This document shows positions 24,057 through 36,399 of a DNA stretch of 64,000 nucleotides, one piece after another. This DNA is from Selaginella moellendorffii. Its lineage: Eukaryota; Plantae; Lycopodiophyta. A program made the translations under genes and the position numbers. Within the stretch, counting starts at the first letter, position 1. Each line of letters begins with the position of its first letter. The DNA lies in contig NW_003314335.1 of NCBI RefSeq assembly GCF_000143415.4, forward strand, positions 117,982 to 181,981, given 5' to 3'. The notes under the pieces were generated by a model. That model saw only the letters and a list, made by a program, of their open reading frames with translations. It was not told the DNA's origin and made no database searches.

Positions 24057-26699
24057 GATGACAGCGGTACTTTTCTCATTCAGCAGCATACTAGTTTGTT
24101 GTTCTTGTAGCAAGATAAGCATGGTGACAATAGTAGAGAAAAAGTGAATTTCACAATGAAATTGGAATGAAACACTTGGAGATTTCACAATATATGGTTT
24201 TTGAAAAATTGCCACGTTTCATTCCACATAGTACAAATGACCGATCCACTGCACAAATTTCACTCGTGGCAATTTTCAATCCACTCCACGTGGCACTTGA
24301 TTGATTCATACATTAGATTTTTTTTCTTGTTAAACGGGGCTTTTTATTTTCCAGCAAAAAACTGGGTGTAGTTTTTAGGTTATGTTTGGGTACATTAATG
24401 TTCTTAAATCTTGGTTATATAGTTCTTCTTTACATTTCGACGAGTTTGGTAATATTTTAGGATTATAAATTTGTTTATATCCCAAATAAAAACAAGTTAT
24501 AAGAATAATTACATTTAGCCAGACAAAAAACAATATAAGAAGAATTACTAAAACTAAATTTTATTAATTAGATGTTCCATGTAAAGTAATAAAAGCATTA
24601 TTCTTAGAAATTTTTATTTAAATTTTTCTTGGTTGAGTATTAAGTTTTTTAAAATCTTAGTATTCTAAATATATTTATATTCTCAAGTAATACTGCATAT
24701 AATATCTTTATCAATAATATTTACTTAGTAATTCTTCTTTTTCACCTTGGGAATATATTATTGTTCTAAATAGTCTATACTATTTTATATATATAGTCAA
24801 AGGCTAGAGTGAACATAAATTGATATATATCAAAATGTATAAAATTATTGATTTTTATACTCATCCAACATTTGCTGGGCAATATTAGGAGGTTGCAGCT
24901 GAGGAGGGAAAACTCTTTTTTTACCACAGCATCTTTCCTTTGCCCTTGCAGCTAGGTAAATTTTCTTTATCACAACTCCTCCTCAACACCAAAGTTTTGT
25001 TTGCTCCAGGTTTCTCTTCTTTATTGAAGCTCCTTAGCCTCAAAGTTTGTGGAAGAAGAGAGCACTGGGTGCTAGAGATGGATGCCCAGGAGCTTGTATT
25101 GCTCGAGTATAGGGTTTGTGGGTGGGCATGTTGAGTGATCGTCCTTTTTAGTGTTGGATATACAAAGCTTGGCTCATGCATATGCTGTGTGTAGGGTCTT
25201 ATCCATCCTGTTTTTTGCAAAAAGTTCTCCCTTCTGTCTTTAGGGCTGGATTAGCAATGGAGTGCTATGGCTGGTGCTTATAGAACTAGAGAGCTTGCTT
25301 GGATCTCTCATACACTGCACAAGAATTTTCTACTCATTTTTGTAGGATACCCCAACTAGGAATTTTCATTCTTGTAGAGGAAATTCAATTTTCAGGTTTT
25401 GCGCTGGGTTTCAACATGTGAGAAGCTGGCTCTCACGATGGTAGCCATACAGCCATGGCTGTGCAAGTGCAATTGAAGGTGTTCATGTTACTAGCAATGG
25501 ATGACTTTGAACTCTTGATTGTGTGTAAACACCTCTGGGTTTGATGTTGTCCCAGCCATAGTCACTACAGGAACTAGAGCTGTGCTTCAAGGTGTCACCA
25601 TATGGATCAATGACCCCACTAATTTCCAAATGTTAAAGGAGAAGCCACTTAAGGACATTGAGAATCACAATTATATGTCTCTGCTAGCTAAATTTGGGTG
25701 TTTTATATGTTGTTTGAAGTATGTGTCTTTTATATGATACCAATAGCAAAACATTCTGAGCATGGTGAGGTGCTAGAATTCTAACTGCTAGAGTCTTCAC
25801 TACAAAAGGTTGAGCATCAATACCACTCAACACATTACATGTGACATGTTATTTTGTCACCCCAGGCAATTTACAACCTCCCAAGTGGGAAAAAGAAAAT
25901 TAAAAATGAAACAAAGAAAAGGGAAGAAAAAGAGAATAAAGGAAAAATAGAAAAGAAAGATAAAAAAGAGTGGTCTAATAGATGAATGATGGATGACAGT
26001 GATGGCTGATTTGAATACGATGATAGTGGAGGGGAGCTAGTAGCCTGAAAATGTGAAGTGGTTGGTAGTATGTGTGCTTGTTGTGGGAGAAGAAAAAGCT
26101 TGCAATCTTTGCAGGCATTTATTGGGATCATTATATTCTATTGCTATAGGGTGTAGGATTGGGTAAAATGTCCACCCAAAGTAATTTTTAGTCTTCTATG
26201 CGCATTAGGTCCAATAGGCTCTCAAAAATTAACTGCTAAGTGTCTTAGATTTGCCTATACTTTCTAAATCAAGATAGTCATGTCAATTTTTGCTACTTCT
26301 TATTGCATCTACTACATATGGATATGATGAATAAAGTGATGTAATAGGATCCCCAAGATCATATGTGCATAGTAAGAAAAGTGAAGAAATATGGATTGGG
26401 CAACTGTAGTGACTAATAAATAGTGGTGAGTAGAGGAATGAATAAATTATAACTATGAGTGATGGAAAGTGATATTGATAATAAATGGAGTGAAATCATG
26501 TGAAGAAAACTTAAGAATTGTGAGAGGTAAACTATGAAATGGATGAGCTCCCAAATGAGAGGAGTTGATGGAGCCTTAAGGTGAAGGTCAAGGCTCATGC
26601 TTGCTCCACTTATAAGATCATGTCTTGGAAGAGAAAAGAAAAAGAAAGAAAAACCAAGGGATAGAAAGAATGACAAAAAAGAAGTCACTACAAAAATGT

Positions 26700-29200
26700 G
26701 TCAATAAAACTTTAAACTGCTGTAGGTAATATGGAAGGAAGTGTCTCCAAAGTAGTGAATTCAGTTTGAAGTGCTCATAAGAATTTGGTGGTCAAGTGAA
26801 GTGTTAGTAGACACAAAACATGCCATGAATGCTATGGTTGATGCTAGCATCTAACATCCCAAAGCTAGAGAGGCTTCTGAAAAAAGTTGGCTTGTGGTGG
26901 AGAAAAAGTGCTACTATTGCCACTTTTGATTGGTAGATAATTTACAAGCTTCTAGCTTGTAAGCTTTTGGCCTGCATGCATCTTGTCCACCTGCTATATC
27001 ATAGTGTTGTGGATCATGTTGGAGGGCTAAAGAAGGTGTAGAGAAAAAGTCATGGTTGGAACTAATTTGTTGCAAATGTGTTCTCATCATTGCTCACAAG
27101 GTCATATGGTAAAGTACATATGCCTTGAAGACTTCTATGTAAAGGCATAATTAGTACAATATCACAAACTTTTTGGTGGATATTAACTCCAAGGGAGGAA
27201 GAGAAATCATGCTCCATGGCTACAAACTACCTCAACAAAGTGAATGTGGGTAATGCTGGGTCAATCTCGAGTGAAGTGGCCTCATCTGATGGTCAAGGTT
27301 GCATCTCTACCTTGTCTGGATGGACCTTGTGCTTCACAAGCTCAAGATTCACTACTTCTACTTGAAAACTCAAGGATATCACCTCTGTTGATAGAGTTGT
27401 GTGGAATCTTTGAGCTGGGAAAAACTAGATTTGGCACCTCTAGTTGTATGAGAAAGTGTTGTAGAGTGTCCTCTTGTGTCCTTGCAAGGATCTGTCTCAA
27501 GAAAGTTGCTCTCTAAAGGCACCACGAAAATTGTGTTCTCTTCCAAGTCGGGCATTTTTGGAATCTTGAGGATCTTTTACCTCCTTGAGCCCAAATGAGC
27601 ACAGTGATGTAAAGTGGGTGGCAGAGAAGTTAAGGGACAAAGTTGTCTAATGCATATGCAAAAAATCAATCATGTTGCATCACAAAGATTGAGACTCCAT
27701 CATCATATTAGCAATTGACAAAGAAGCAATATATTGTTGTGGAGAGGAGTTTAGTGGTGCTATCTTGGGATGCCAAGGCTTGTCCTTTAGAATTGAGAAC
27801 GATAACCTAGCTATCACTTCTCCCAATTTGTAGTTGCCCATGCTTGAAGTTGAAGATGCAAGGCTTTGCATCTAACCATGGCCATCCCAAGATGACAGAC
27901 TTCTCCTATGAGGAGGCTCCTAAAGCAATGTAGTCAATGACAAGGAAGTTGGCTGTGGACTCATGATTGTGGATGAGAATGTAGACACTTTGGCAAATTC
28001 TTGTGGGTGCTATAGTGTGATCCACAAAAGTTTTCAACATGACTTTGGAATACTCCTAGATCTGGAGGCTTGTTTGTTGAGCAAGAGTGGAGGAGAGAAT
28101 GTTTGTGGTTGAGCTAAAGTTAGTAAGAGCCTTCATATCAATGCCCATAATAGTTTTTGAAACTATTCCATTAAGAGCTCATATTGAGATCTCAAGCTGT
28201 TGAAGCAAAACTAAGAAAGAGCGCCAAGTGTTGTCGTGATTGGAGTTGTCATGACCTAGTCAATAGGATTTCTTGAGTGACCACTTGACATCAAAGGAGA
28301 CCCTTTTGGATGTGTGCTAGTGAAATTTGGCACACATGTAGAAGCTAGAACCTAAGATATCGGTAAGGACATTGGCACTGCTGCAAATGCCTTCGGGAAG
28401 GGCAACTTGGAAACAGTGAGAATTGGAGAGGAAATGATTGTTGGAGCTGGTGCTAGTGTGGTGTCCAACTCATCTACTATTGTTTATGCCTTCCACTAAG
28501 CTCAGGTAGCCAACTTTATTGTCAGCTCTTCTACTATGTGCACTAAGAATTTAATTTGTCAGTGGTGCTTTAGTAGCATGCTGATGGAGTCATACCAATG
28601 AGGTTGTCACTTGAGGGTGGTCTTGTACAACTATCTTCAATGCTTAGATCTCCTTTATGAGTTTTCTTTGCTGCTCCTGCTATTGCTGAAGGATCACCTT
28701 GTATTCGATGAACTTGGCCAAGGTAGACTTGACTATAGCAGGCATCTTCTCAGTGACTTGCTAAAGTGCCATGAGTTGAGTAGAGGCATAGGGACGAGCT
28801 GCTAGGGGTCCTTGGATGAGCTTCTCAATGAATGAGACACCAAGTTTGCAAAACATCTCTGACTCAAGCATTGTGACATCACTAGTGGTGGCACTTAGTT
28901 ACTTTCCTCTAAAGCCTGGGCTTGAGGCCTTGTCTAAAGGTGGACATTCTGATGGACTCCTCTTGTGTTGCTCTCTTATCAAGGTAAGTCTTTCAAAATG
29001 CCTTGAATCACATTGTATAATCAAAGACGGATTCATATATTGCAAATCCCTGAATAAGGTATCTACTGGATCCAATGAATCCTCCTTGTTCGAGATGAAA
29101 TGGTGGAAATCAAGCTCTCACTTCAAACTTGAAAACTTGCCTTTTCAGAGTGGAGACTGGTGCCTTCTAAATTGATCCTCCAGGTGATCTTGAATGTGTT
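26700..29200 (-). mobile_element. Highly degraded LTR retrotransposon relic, probably Ty3/gypsy gag region
   Basis: Minus-strand TFRQGLKPRL*RKV at 28901-28941 resembles the retrotransposon gag F..GL.P motif. Many stops; boundaries approximate. Confidence 0.4.
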
Positions 29201-30879
29201 GTCACCGACATAAAATGTTCAAATCACTACAATTGCCCAAACATGATAAATGTTATGAAGTGATGCGCCCAATTTAGCAAGTTGAATTGTCCCCAAATGC
29301 CCTAAGCAAAGCTCATAACTAAAATAAATAATCATGAATTTCACAAACTCCAAAATCAAACTCCAAGAGTTGTAAAAATGTTGAGATATCTCCAAAAGAA
29401 ACAAATGTTGTGTTTTTCTTTTGAAAACTCTTACTATGGTGGATAGAATTGTTTGAAAAGTGGCTCAATGTCAACCTAAGAAGCTAAGTCATCCTCTTCA
29501 TGCAAAAGATTTGCAAAAATCAAGTGTAAAATGGGAGAAAATATCTCAAAAACAATGATCATACTCAAATAAGGATCTGCACTAAATTGAATGATTTAAC
29601 ATAGAAATTCGAAATCACAAAGGAATTTACAATCCTAATATAAAAAATTGTGAAAAAGGTATTAACTTTATGTGCTAGAGAAGCATGCAACTTCGTTTGT
29701 CATACAATACTAGAAAAAATGACTTGGATTTAGCTTAAGACTCCATGAAAGTATTGAAGTTATGACTCAAAAGAAATAGCAAAGTATGGGGTGTATGATG
29801 CAACAAACAACAGTGAAAATGAATTTTATACGCTCGAGAATTAATGGTCAAATATTGCCATGGCATGGGGAAAGAACGAATTAAAGTGTGATTAGCAAGA
29901 AACAATGAAAATGCACAAATCTGGATGATGGGTAACTCTGTCCATGTCTTAAGACCACTCAAAAGTAAGATTTTACAAGGATGCATAAAATGGAGAGAGT
30001 TCTCACCATGCAAAGCTTTCACACTCGTTAGAAAGAAGAGCCTAAGTTTTACACACCCAAAGAAAATGTTCCAAAGCTAACTTTATCTCCCCTAGGAGAT
30101 TAGATGGTTGATGCTCCCAATCTAAGTAGGGGTGGCACTACCCATTTAGAATACTTTATGTGGTTCATCAAAACCTCACTTTAGCCATATAGTTGGAACA
30201 TCTTAGTGGCAAAAGGTGGTGGGAGTATTTATAAAGTTTGTATTGAGTCACAATGTTTCAAAATTTTGTCCCTAAGTCCCAAACTATGGAAAAAAAGAGA
30301 GGAGTGGTCCTCTTGCTTGGTGACTAAAGGTATGGTTATGTGGTGAAAAAATCTTAAAAGTTAATGGGGCTTAGTGGTTAGGCTTTTAGACTCTATACTA
30401 GTGGTGGTGATAGCAAGTATTATCATAGATGAAGAGGGACTTGGTGGGGACTAAAGAAGGGATATTAAAAGATGATATTTTTCATATTTTAAGGCATCCT
30501 AAGGATGCTAAATGACCACTTATGGATGGATGGCCCAATCTCAAAGAGATGGGACCATGTTGCAAATGGTCTAGGGCTACTAATGAGACAAGGGGAATGA
30601 ATATAATTTAATAAACTAAGATGTTAATGGTACCTTTGGGTGTCGGAAGTGAGATTAGATATATGGAGCACTTGGACTAAATGCAAAGCTAATGTGGTAT
30701 TGAGATTGCATCTAGGGGTAAACAAGTACTCCAGGGTGGATGAGGACCTACAAAGGTTATAAGTGAGACTCTTCCAAGAAGTCAAAGGCATAATTAAGTG
30801 ATTAAAGTAGAATGGAAAATTTAATCATTTACACTGCTCACTATCCTTACTATATATTTAGAACCCCTCCCACAAACAT

Positions 30880-33800
30880 AGTAAGCTATCATCTAGCAAT
30901 ATTGAGAGACTAGTCTCAATACGGAGGTTTTTTACAAGCTAATACAAGATAAAGCAAAAGAGAACTAACAAACCGTACTAAGTATGCTTGACTAAATAGA
31001 TATATAGGAATTCATTCCTTATGTGCATCCAATGAAATATAGATATTAAGTTTAGTTTAGTAACACTTGAATAAGAGAGATTGAAAAGGGAACAAGCAAT
31101 ATTGATCTCTTGCCATCATAGCAATAAAAGAAGAATATATTAAAAGACTCTCTAACATATAACTTTTGATATTCACAATCATATTTACAACACCCTTAGG
31201 CCATGAAAGTGCTTTGAGGTTGAGCTCATGTGGCCATTTTAGGCACTTTTGCGGCCCAAAAGGCTAATGTTATTTAACTAACTTTGGCTCTCTAGACTGC
31301 AAAAGTGTATAAAAATCTTTATATTCATCTAATCAAGTATAGATGCTAAATCTAGTTTAGTAACACTAACAAAATACTTGTGAATGTATCACCCAATGGA
31401 AATAACATTCTAATCTAACAGAATGAATCTTAGTAACAATCAACAGAACAAAATGAATATCATAAATGCCAATAAACACTTGTTAATGCCAACTATCACA
31501 CTAGGCAATTAGAATAGATCATAATCAACAATATTAAAGAACTAGAGTTTGAAGTAATGACATCCTATTGATATTATAAACCCAAAAGATCAATTCAAAA
31601 TAAATTATAAAAAATATATGGTAATGCATAAAACCAAAACCCACCAAGATAACAATTAACCATCACAAAAGATTATTAATCATCCCATAATTAAATATGC
31701 ATAATCACTATTTGAAGAAGAATCTACCAATCCAAAAAATGACAAACTAACCATCACTAACAGTAATCAAACAAGATGTTTAATAAGGATGATCAACTAT
31801 CCTAAATAACATCAATGATTGCCAAATGCAAACACTAAGGTTTTGGCTCATTGGTTCTAATGTTCAAGTTTTCCCTAACAACTCTTAACAAATGAAATAT
31901 TGACTATGATAACTTAAATAACCAAAAACTCAAAAAAGTCTTATAACTAAATCACATATAACAACGATCACACATCTTGTATCAACCAACATCAATGCTA
32001 AAGAAGAATTCATGGTAAAATCACAACATCCTCCTATAAGCTTAAGTTCATAATGCAAAAGTTAATAAAAAGTATATTTGCATCAATCCAAAAGTTAAAC
32101 ATAACAAAATTATGCTCAACAAATGATCTCTAAATAATTCATCAATTCATAACAAAACATAACTTACTTTATAACATATTGCTCATGATCACATGGATAT
32201 GATATAAGTATCATAATGATTGATCATCAATTGAGCATTACCATGAGTAACACCTATACCACTATTATAAAGATTTATATGAATATTAAATGTCAACTTG
32301 ATTTGAAAAAATACAACATAAATACCACTCCTTTGATAGAAGTTACAACACCACTAAATTCGTTCACAATATAGACAAGCTTATATCACTCTCTTAATGA
32401 CCAAATTCAAAATTAATCCAACACCAAATTACTCAAGGAATAATAATAAGGTTTCCCAAGAGCCTTATAACTTAAATTTTTTATTAACAAGCCTAAGCAC
32501 AATGATTTAGTACTTTATTGTTATCCATCCCATATCTCACCACTTGTAAGTCCATCATACCCAACATGCATCAATAGAGACCACTCGATTGTATGATTTG
32601 AATAAGAGTAATAGATTACACTTTGTTGCAAATCATCTCTTGAAGACAAAAAAATGATTTACATGTTTGATCTTTTGTTTTTGATGACTTTCCTTTTGGT
32701 CTCAACTTGATTGAATCTCAACCTTGCATTTACACTCCTTTCAGTTTAATTTAAGAAAAATATATAAAAGAGTATGGCATTGACTACTTGAATCAATAGA
32801 TTAATCCCTACAATTTATTTAATACATTTATAATCATGTCTAGGAAGGATTCACTGGTGTTATGTTAAATAGGTATAGATCAGCCTATTTTCCACTCATA
32901 GCAAGCCAAGGGAAAACTTAATTTTACCATGTATATAGTAACAACTCATAGTAACCATTAATTAATAAGCTAATATTAATTGTGTCAACTCAAAGTATAA
33001 CTTTAAGTTGCTAATGCATCTAACTCATGAGCCCAAGCGCAAACTTGTGCAAAAGACATATCTCAAATTCATTGTAAACTCTTGAGTTTGGACATAGCTT
33101 TCTTAAGAGCCCTGCTCTCTTGACACCCTTAGAGTCGAGCCCAAATGGAGTAAATTGGACTTGATATATAGCAATTAATATATGGTGCAATTTCTCTAAG
33201 CCAACCAATAGAGTTATGTAATTCATCTAAGCCAACCAATAAAGTTGGACCTGAAATCCACTTTGATACCAAATGTAAACTCTTAAGTTTAAACTTCCCA
33301 GGAGGTCATCTAACCCAATATTACTCAAATCCAAGGACATTTAACCTTAAATATCTCAAGACATTTAACTAATTGAAAAAGAAGGTGCGCTTTTATTCAT
33401 ATGCCCTTTCCCTATATATTTAAACCCTTATGGATTGTCTCTCGAGTCATTTCCTTTAGTTGCTTACATCCATCTTATGAGCCCAAGAAAAAGCTCACAA
33501 TATAATACAAAAAGGTGACAAAATCCATTTCTAAAAAACACATGCGAAGCTATAACAACCAAATGTGTACTCATTTGGATCATCATTTTTATCTTTACAT
33601 ATGTAATAGTACTAATTGCCCTCACTAAAATATTATCCTTTGATATCAAATGTAGCACCTTCACCCTTTATCTTATAATGTTTTACCATAGGACAATAAC
33701 AAAGTGGAATCTTAACTGTTGGATATATGGGTCAAAAGCAGTAGAGTAAAACTTGAGCATTAAGGCGTTGGGCCATTGAATGAAAAGATAAAGCCAAACT

Positions 33801-33930
33801 CTCGAACATGGAGGTAAGGAGTGAAGGGACAAAAGCACATTATTTTGGTATACTAATGGCTTAACATGATAATATAGGTACTCCATGTAGAACAAGGACA
33901 AGCACGCAAGTGAAAGTTAAATTATGCCTC
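30880..33930 (-). mobile_element. Old degenerate non-coding LTR element related to the 37.3-42.9 kb insert
   Basis: Shared blocks such as atcacatggatatgatataagtatca (32188 vs 42293) and tctcaatacg...ctaagtatgctt (30915 vs 38128). PBS relic tggtatcaaag on the minus strand at 33261-33271 next to a TG terminus at 33274. Confidence 0.65.
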
Positions 33931-34030
33931 NNNNNNNNNNNNNNNNNNNNNNNNNNNNNNNNNNNNNNNNNNNNNNNNNNNNNNNNNNNNNNNNNNNNNN
34001 NNNNNNNNNNNNNNNNNNNNNNNNNNNNNN
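33931..34030. other. Assembly gap (100 N)
   Basis: Run of n characters. Confidence 1.
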
Positions 34031-34138
34031 TGGGATGAGAGTTGGATATATTGTCACTGTGGATCCTTGGAACCTTGGGGGATAAATAGGGATAAAATAG
34101 CTACTAAGGGCTCTCTCGTCAAGTAATTGCCCCTTTTC

Positions 34139-35495
34139 TGTAAGCGACTAAATTTTCCATTCTACTTTAGTCACTTAACCACACCTCCGACCACTTGGAG
34201 GAGTCTCATTCACAACCTCCATAAGTCCAATTCAGGACTTGGGACTTGCTAGCCCCAAGAATGGCATCCATGCCACTCAACCCTTGCACCTGGTCCAAGT
34301 GCTCCACGTGTCCGATCCCATGACTGACACTCAAAGGTACCACCGACATAGCAGCCTGTTACGCTAAGGCCATGCCCAATCACCTTTGCTGCATTGGTAG
34401 TCCAATACCACTTGCAACACAGTCTTGTCTCTCCAAGACTAGGCCAACCATCCGTGAGTGGTCATCCCAGATCCACTCCTTAGCATCCTTAGGATGCCCA
34501 CCGACAAAGGGAATAGCCTTCCCCAGTATCCCTATGTCAGTCCCCACCAAGTCCCTTTTTGCCTTTGGCCGAGTTTGCCAACACTGCCATTGGATTGAGG
34601 CAAGTCCCATGGTCCTCTGGGACTTCCTCACCACGTGACTGTATCTTTGGCCACCACACCAAAGGACTACTCCTTTTCCTTTCCACAATCTGGGACTTGG
34701 GGACAACACTTTGGAACACCGTGGCCTTACGCGAGCCACCTAGGTACTCTCCCCACCTTCCGCCTTTGGGTGCTCTAGCCATGGGCTTAGAGCCAAGTTC
34801 TGTTGAGCCACGCCTGGTATCCAAGTAGGTAGTGCCACCCACACTTGGACTGGGAGCATCGGCCGGTCGATCTCCCGGGGGAACTAGGGGAGATAAATGC
34901 TTTGGGCTTTCACCCTCTTAGACTCGGACTCGGACTCAGACTCAGACTCGGATTCGGACTCAGACTCGGTCTCGGCCTCCGCCTTGGTCTCGATCTCAGT
35001 CTCGGTCTCGGTCGCGGTCGCGGTCTCAGTCCCGGTCTCGGTCTCGACCTCGGACTCCATCTCGGGTCCTTCTCGAACTCCATCTCGGATTCCATCTCGG
35101 GTCCATCTCAGACTCCATCTTGGACTCCGTCTCGGTCCATCTCGGACTCCGTCTCGGTCCATCTCGGACTCCATCTCGGACTCCACTTCGGACTCCATCT
35201 CGGACTCCATCTCGGACTCCATCTTGGACTCTGTCTCGGTCTCCAACTCGGGTCCATCTCAGACACTTCCACGTGTCATGTGTTGGTCCTTTTGGGTCCT
35301 TTTTTGGAGTCTTGCTTATTGCTCGCTTCGTGATTGTTCCTCAAGCCTTTTGTTGGGAGTTCCACTCCCGCTCTCAACCTTTCAAGTTGGAGCTTTTAGT
35401 CGAAATGTGTTACGCTCGTTTGGCTTTCACTTCGGCCACTACCACATGGCACCCTTTCGGCTCCACTTTGGGGCCTAGGGATTTTGTGTCTCACA
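34139..35495. mobile_element. 1357-bp solo LTR with 5-bp TSD TTTTC
   Basis: TGTAAG...CTCACA termini; ttttc at 34134-34138 and 35496-35500; the TRIM LTR sequence resumes exactly after it. Confidence 0.85.
34921..35262. repeat. Hexamer/dodecamer tandem array (GACTCG / GTCTCG / GGACTCCATCTC) inside the solo LTR
   Basis: Direct reading of the sequence. Confidence 0.92.
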
Positions 35496-36399
35496 TTTTC
35501 CAGTTGGTTTAAAGGGAGAGAGATAAGGTGTGTTATAGTTGGTATCGGAGGAAATGGCACGGGTTTGATTCCCATTGATTAGTGGCTACTTAAAAATATA
35601 ATATACCCTTGAGCAAGATATATTCCTATCCCTAAATTTGAAATCATACGTATTGGGCATCCATGTGTTTGTCCTTCCTCTTATGTGGAGTATCCATGGA
35701 CGAAGGTATCCACCGTGGGATTGCAGTACAGGTGGATGACTAATTGACTCACATGGAATAGCTGATCTACACAATGGAAGGATTGGTAGATTCAATGCAA
35801 AAATGGAGGTGCTGATTCCCCTTGGCTTAATAGGGGTTATTAGTTAATAGTTAATAAGGACATTGACATCTCTGAAAGGGGGGGGGTGAAAGGGGGCTGA
35901 GTGTAGCACATGTGATCATAAGATGAGATTTAGATATATTGTCACCGTGGATCCTTGGAACCTTGGGGGATAAATGGGGATAAAATAGCCACTAAAGACT
36001 CTCTCATCAAGCAATTGCCCCTTTTCCAGTTGGCTTAAAGGGAGAGAGATAAGTTGTCACCGTGGATCCTTGGAACCTTGGGGGATAAATAGGGATTAAA
36101 TAGCCATTAAGGACTCTCTCATCAAGCAATTGCCCTTTTTCTAGTTGGCTTAAGGGGAGAGAGATAAGGTGCACTACAACCACCCCTATTACCACCATTG
36201 CCACCACCACCACCTTTACCATTGCTACAACCATTGGTGCCACTTCCACCTTTATTCTTCATTGGCCCACCACTAGCATAAGTTGGGTAATCTAGCAATG
36301 TTTGTGATAGAGAATTTGACAAACACCCTAGAGCCAAAAGAGTTGCAAACCTTCTTGATAATATGGTGGATAAGCACTTCCAAGAAATTGTTATGCGGA

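Larger units (their letters stand above)
34031..36178 (+). mobile_element. TRIM copy A: 5' LTR interrupted by a solo LTR; 3' LTR with internal duplication
   Basis: LTR parts at 34031-34138 and 35496-35537, PBS tggtatcggagg at about 35540, polypurine tract gaaaggggggggg at about 35875, 3' LTR from tgtagcac (35902) to gcactaca. Reverse complement of copy B. Confidence 0.85.

Noticed and set aside
34884-35512. Ser-Asp / Glu-Ser repeat ORFs resembling bacterial SD-repeat adhesins
   Set aside because: They are translations of a hexamer array that is open in several frames inside a TSD-flanked solo LTR.
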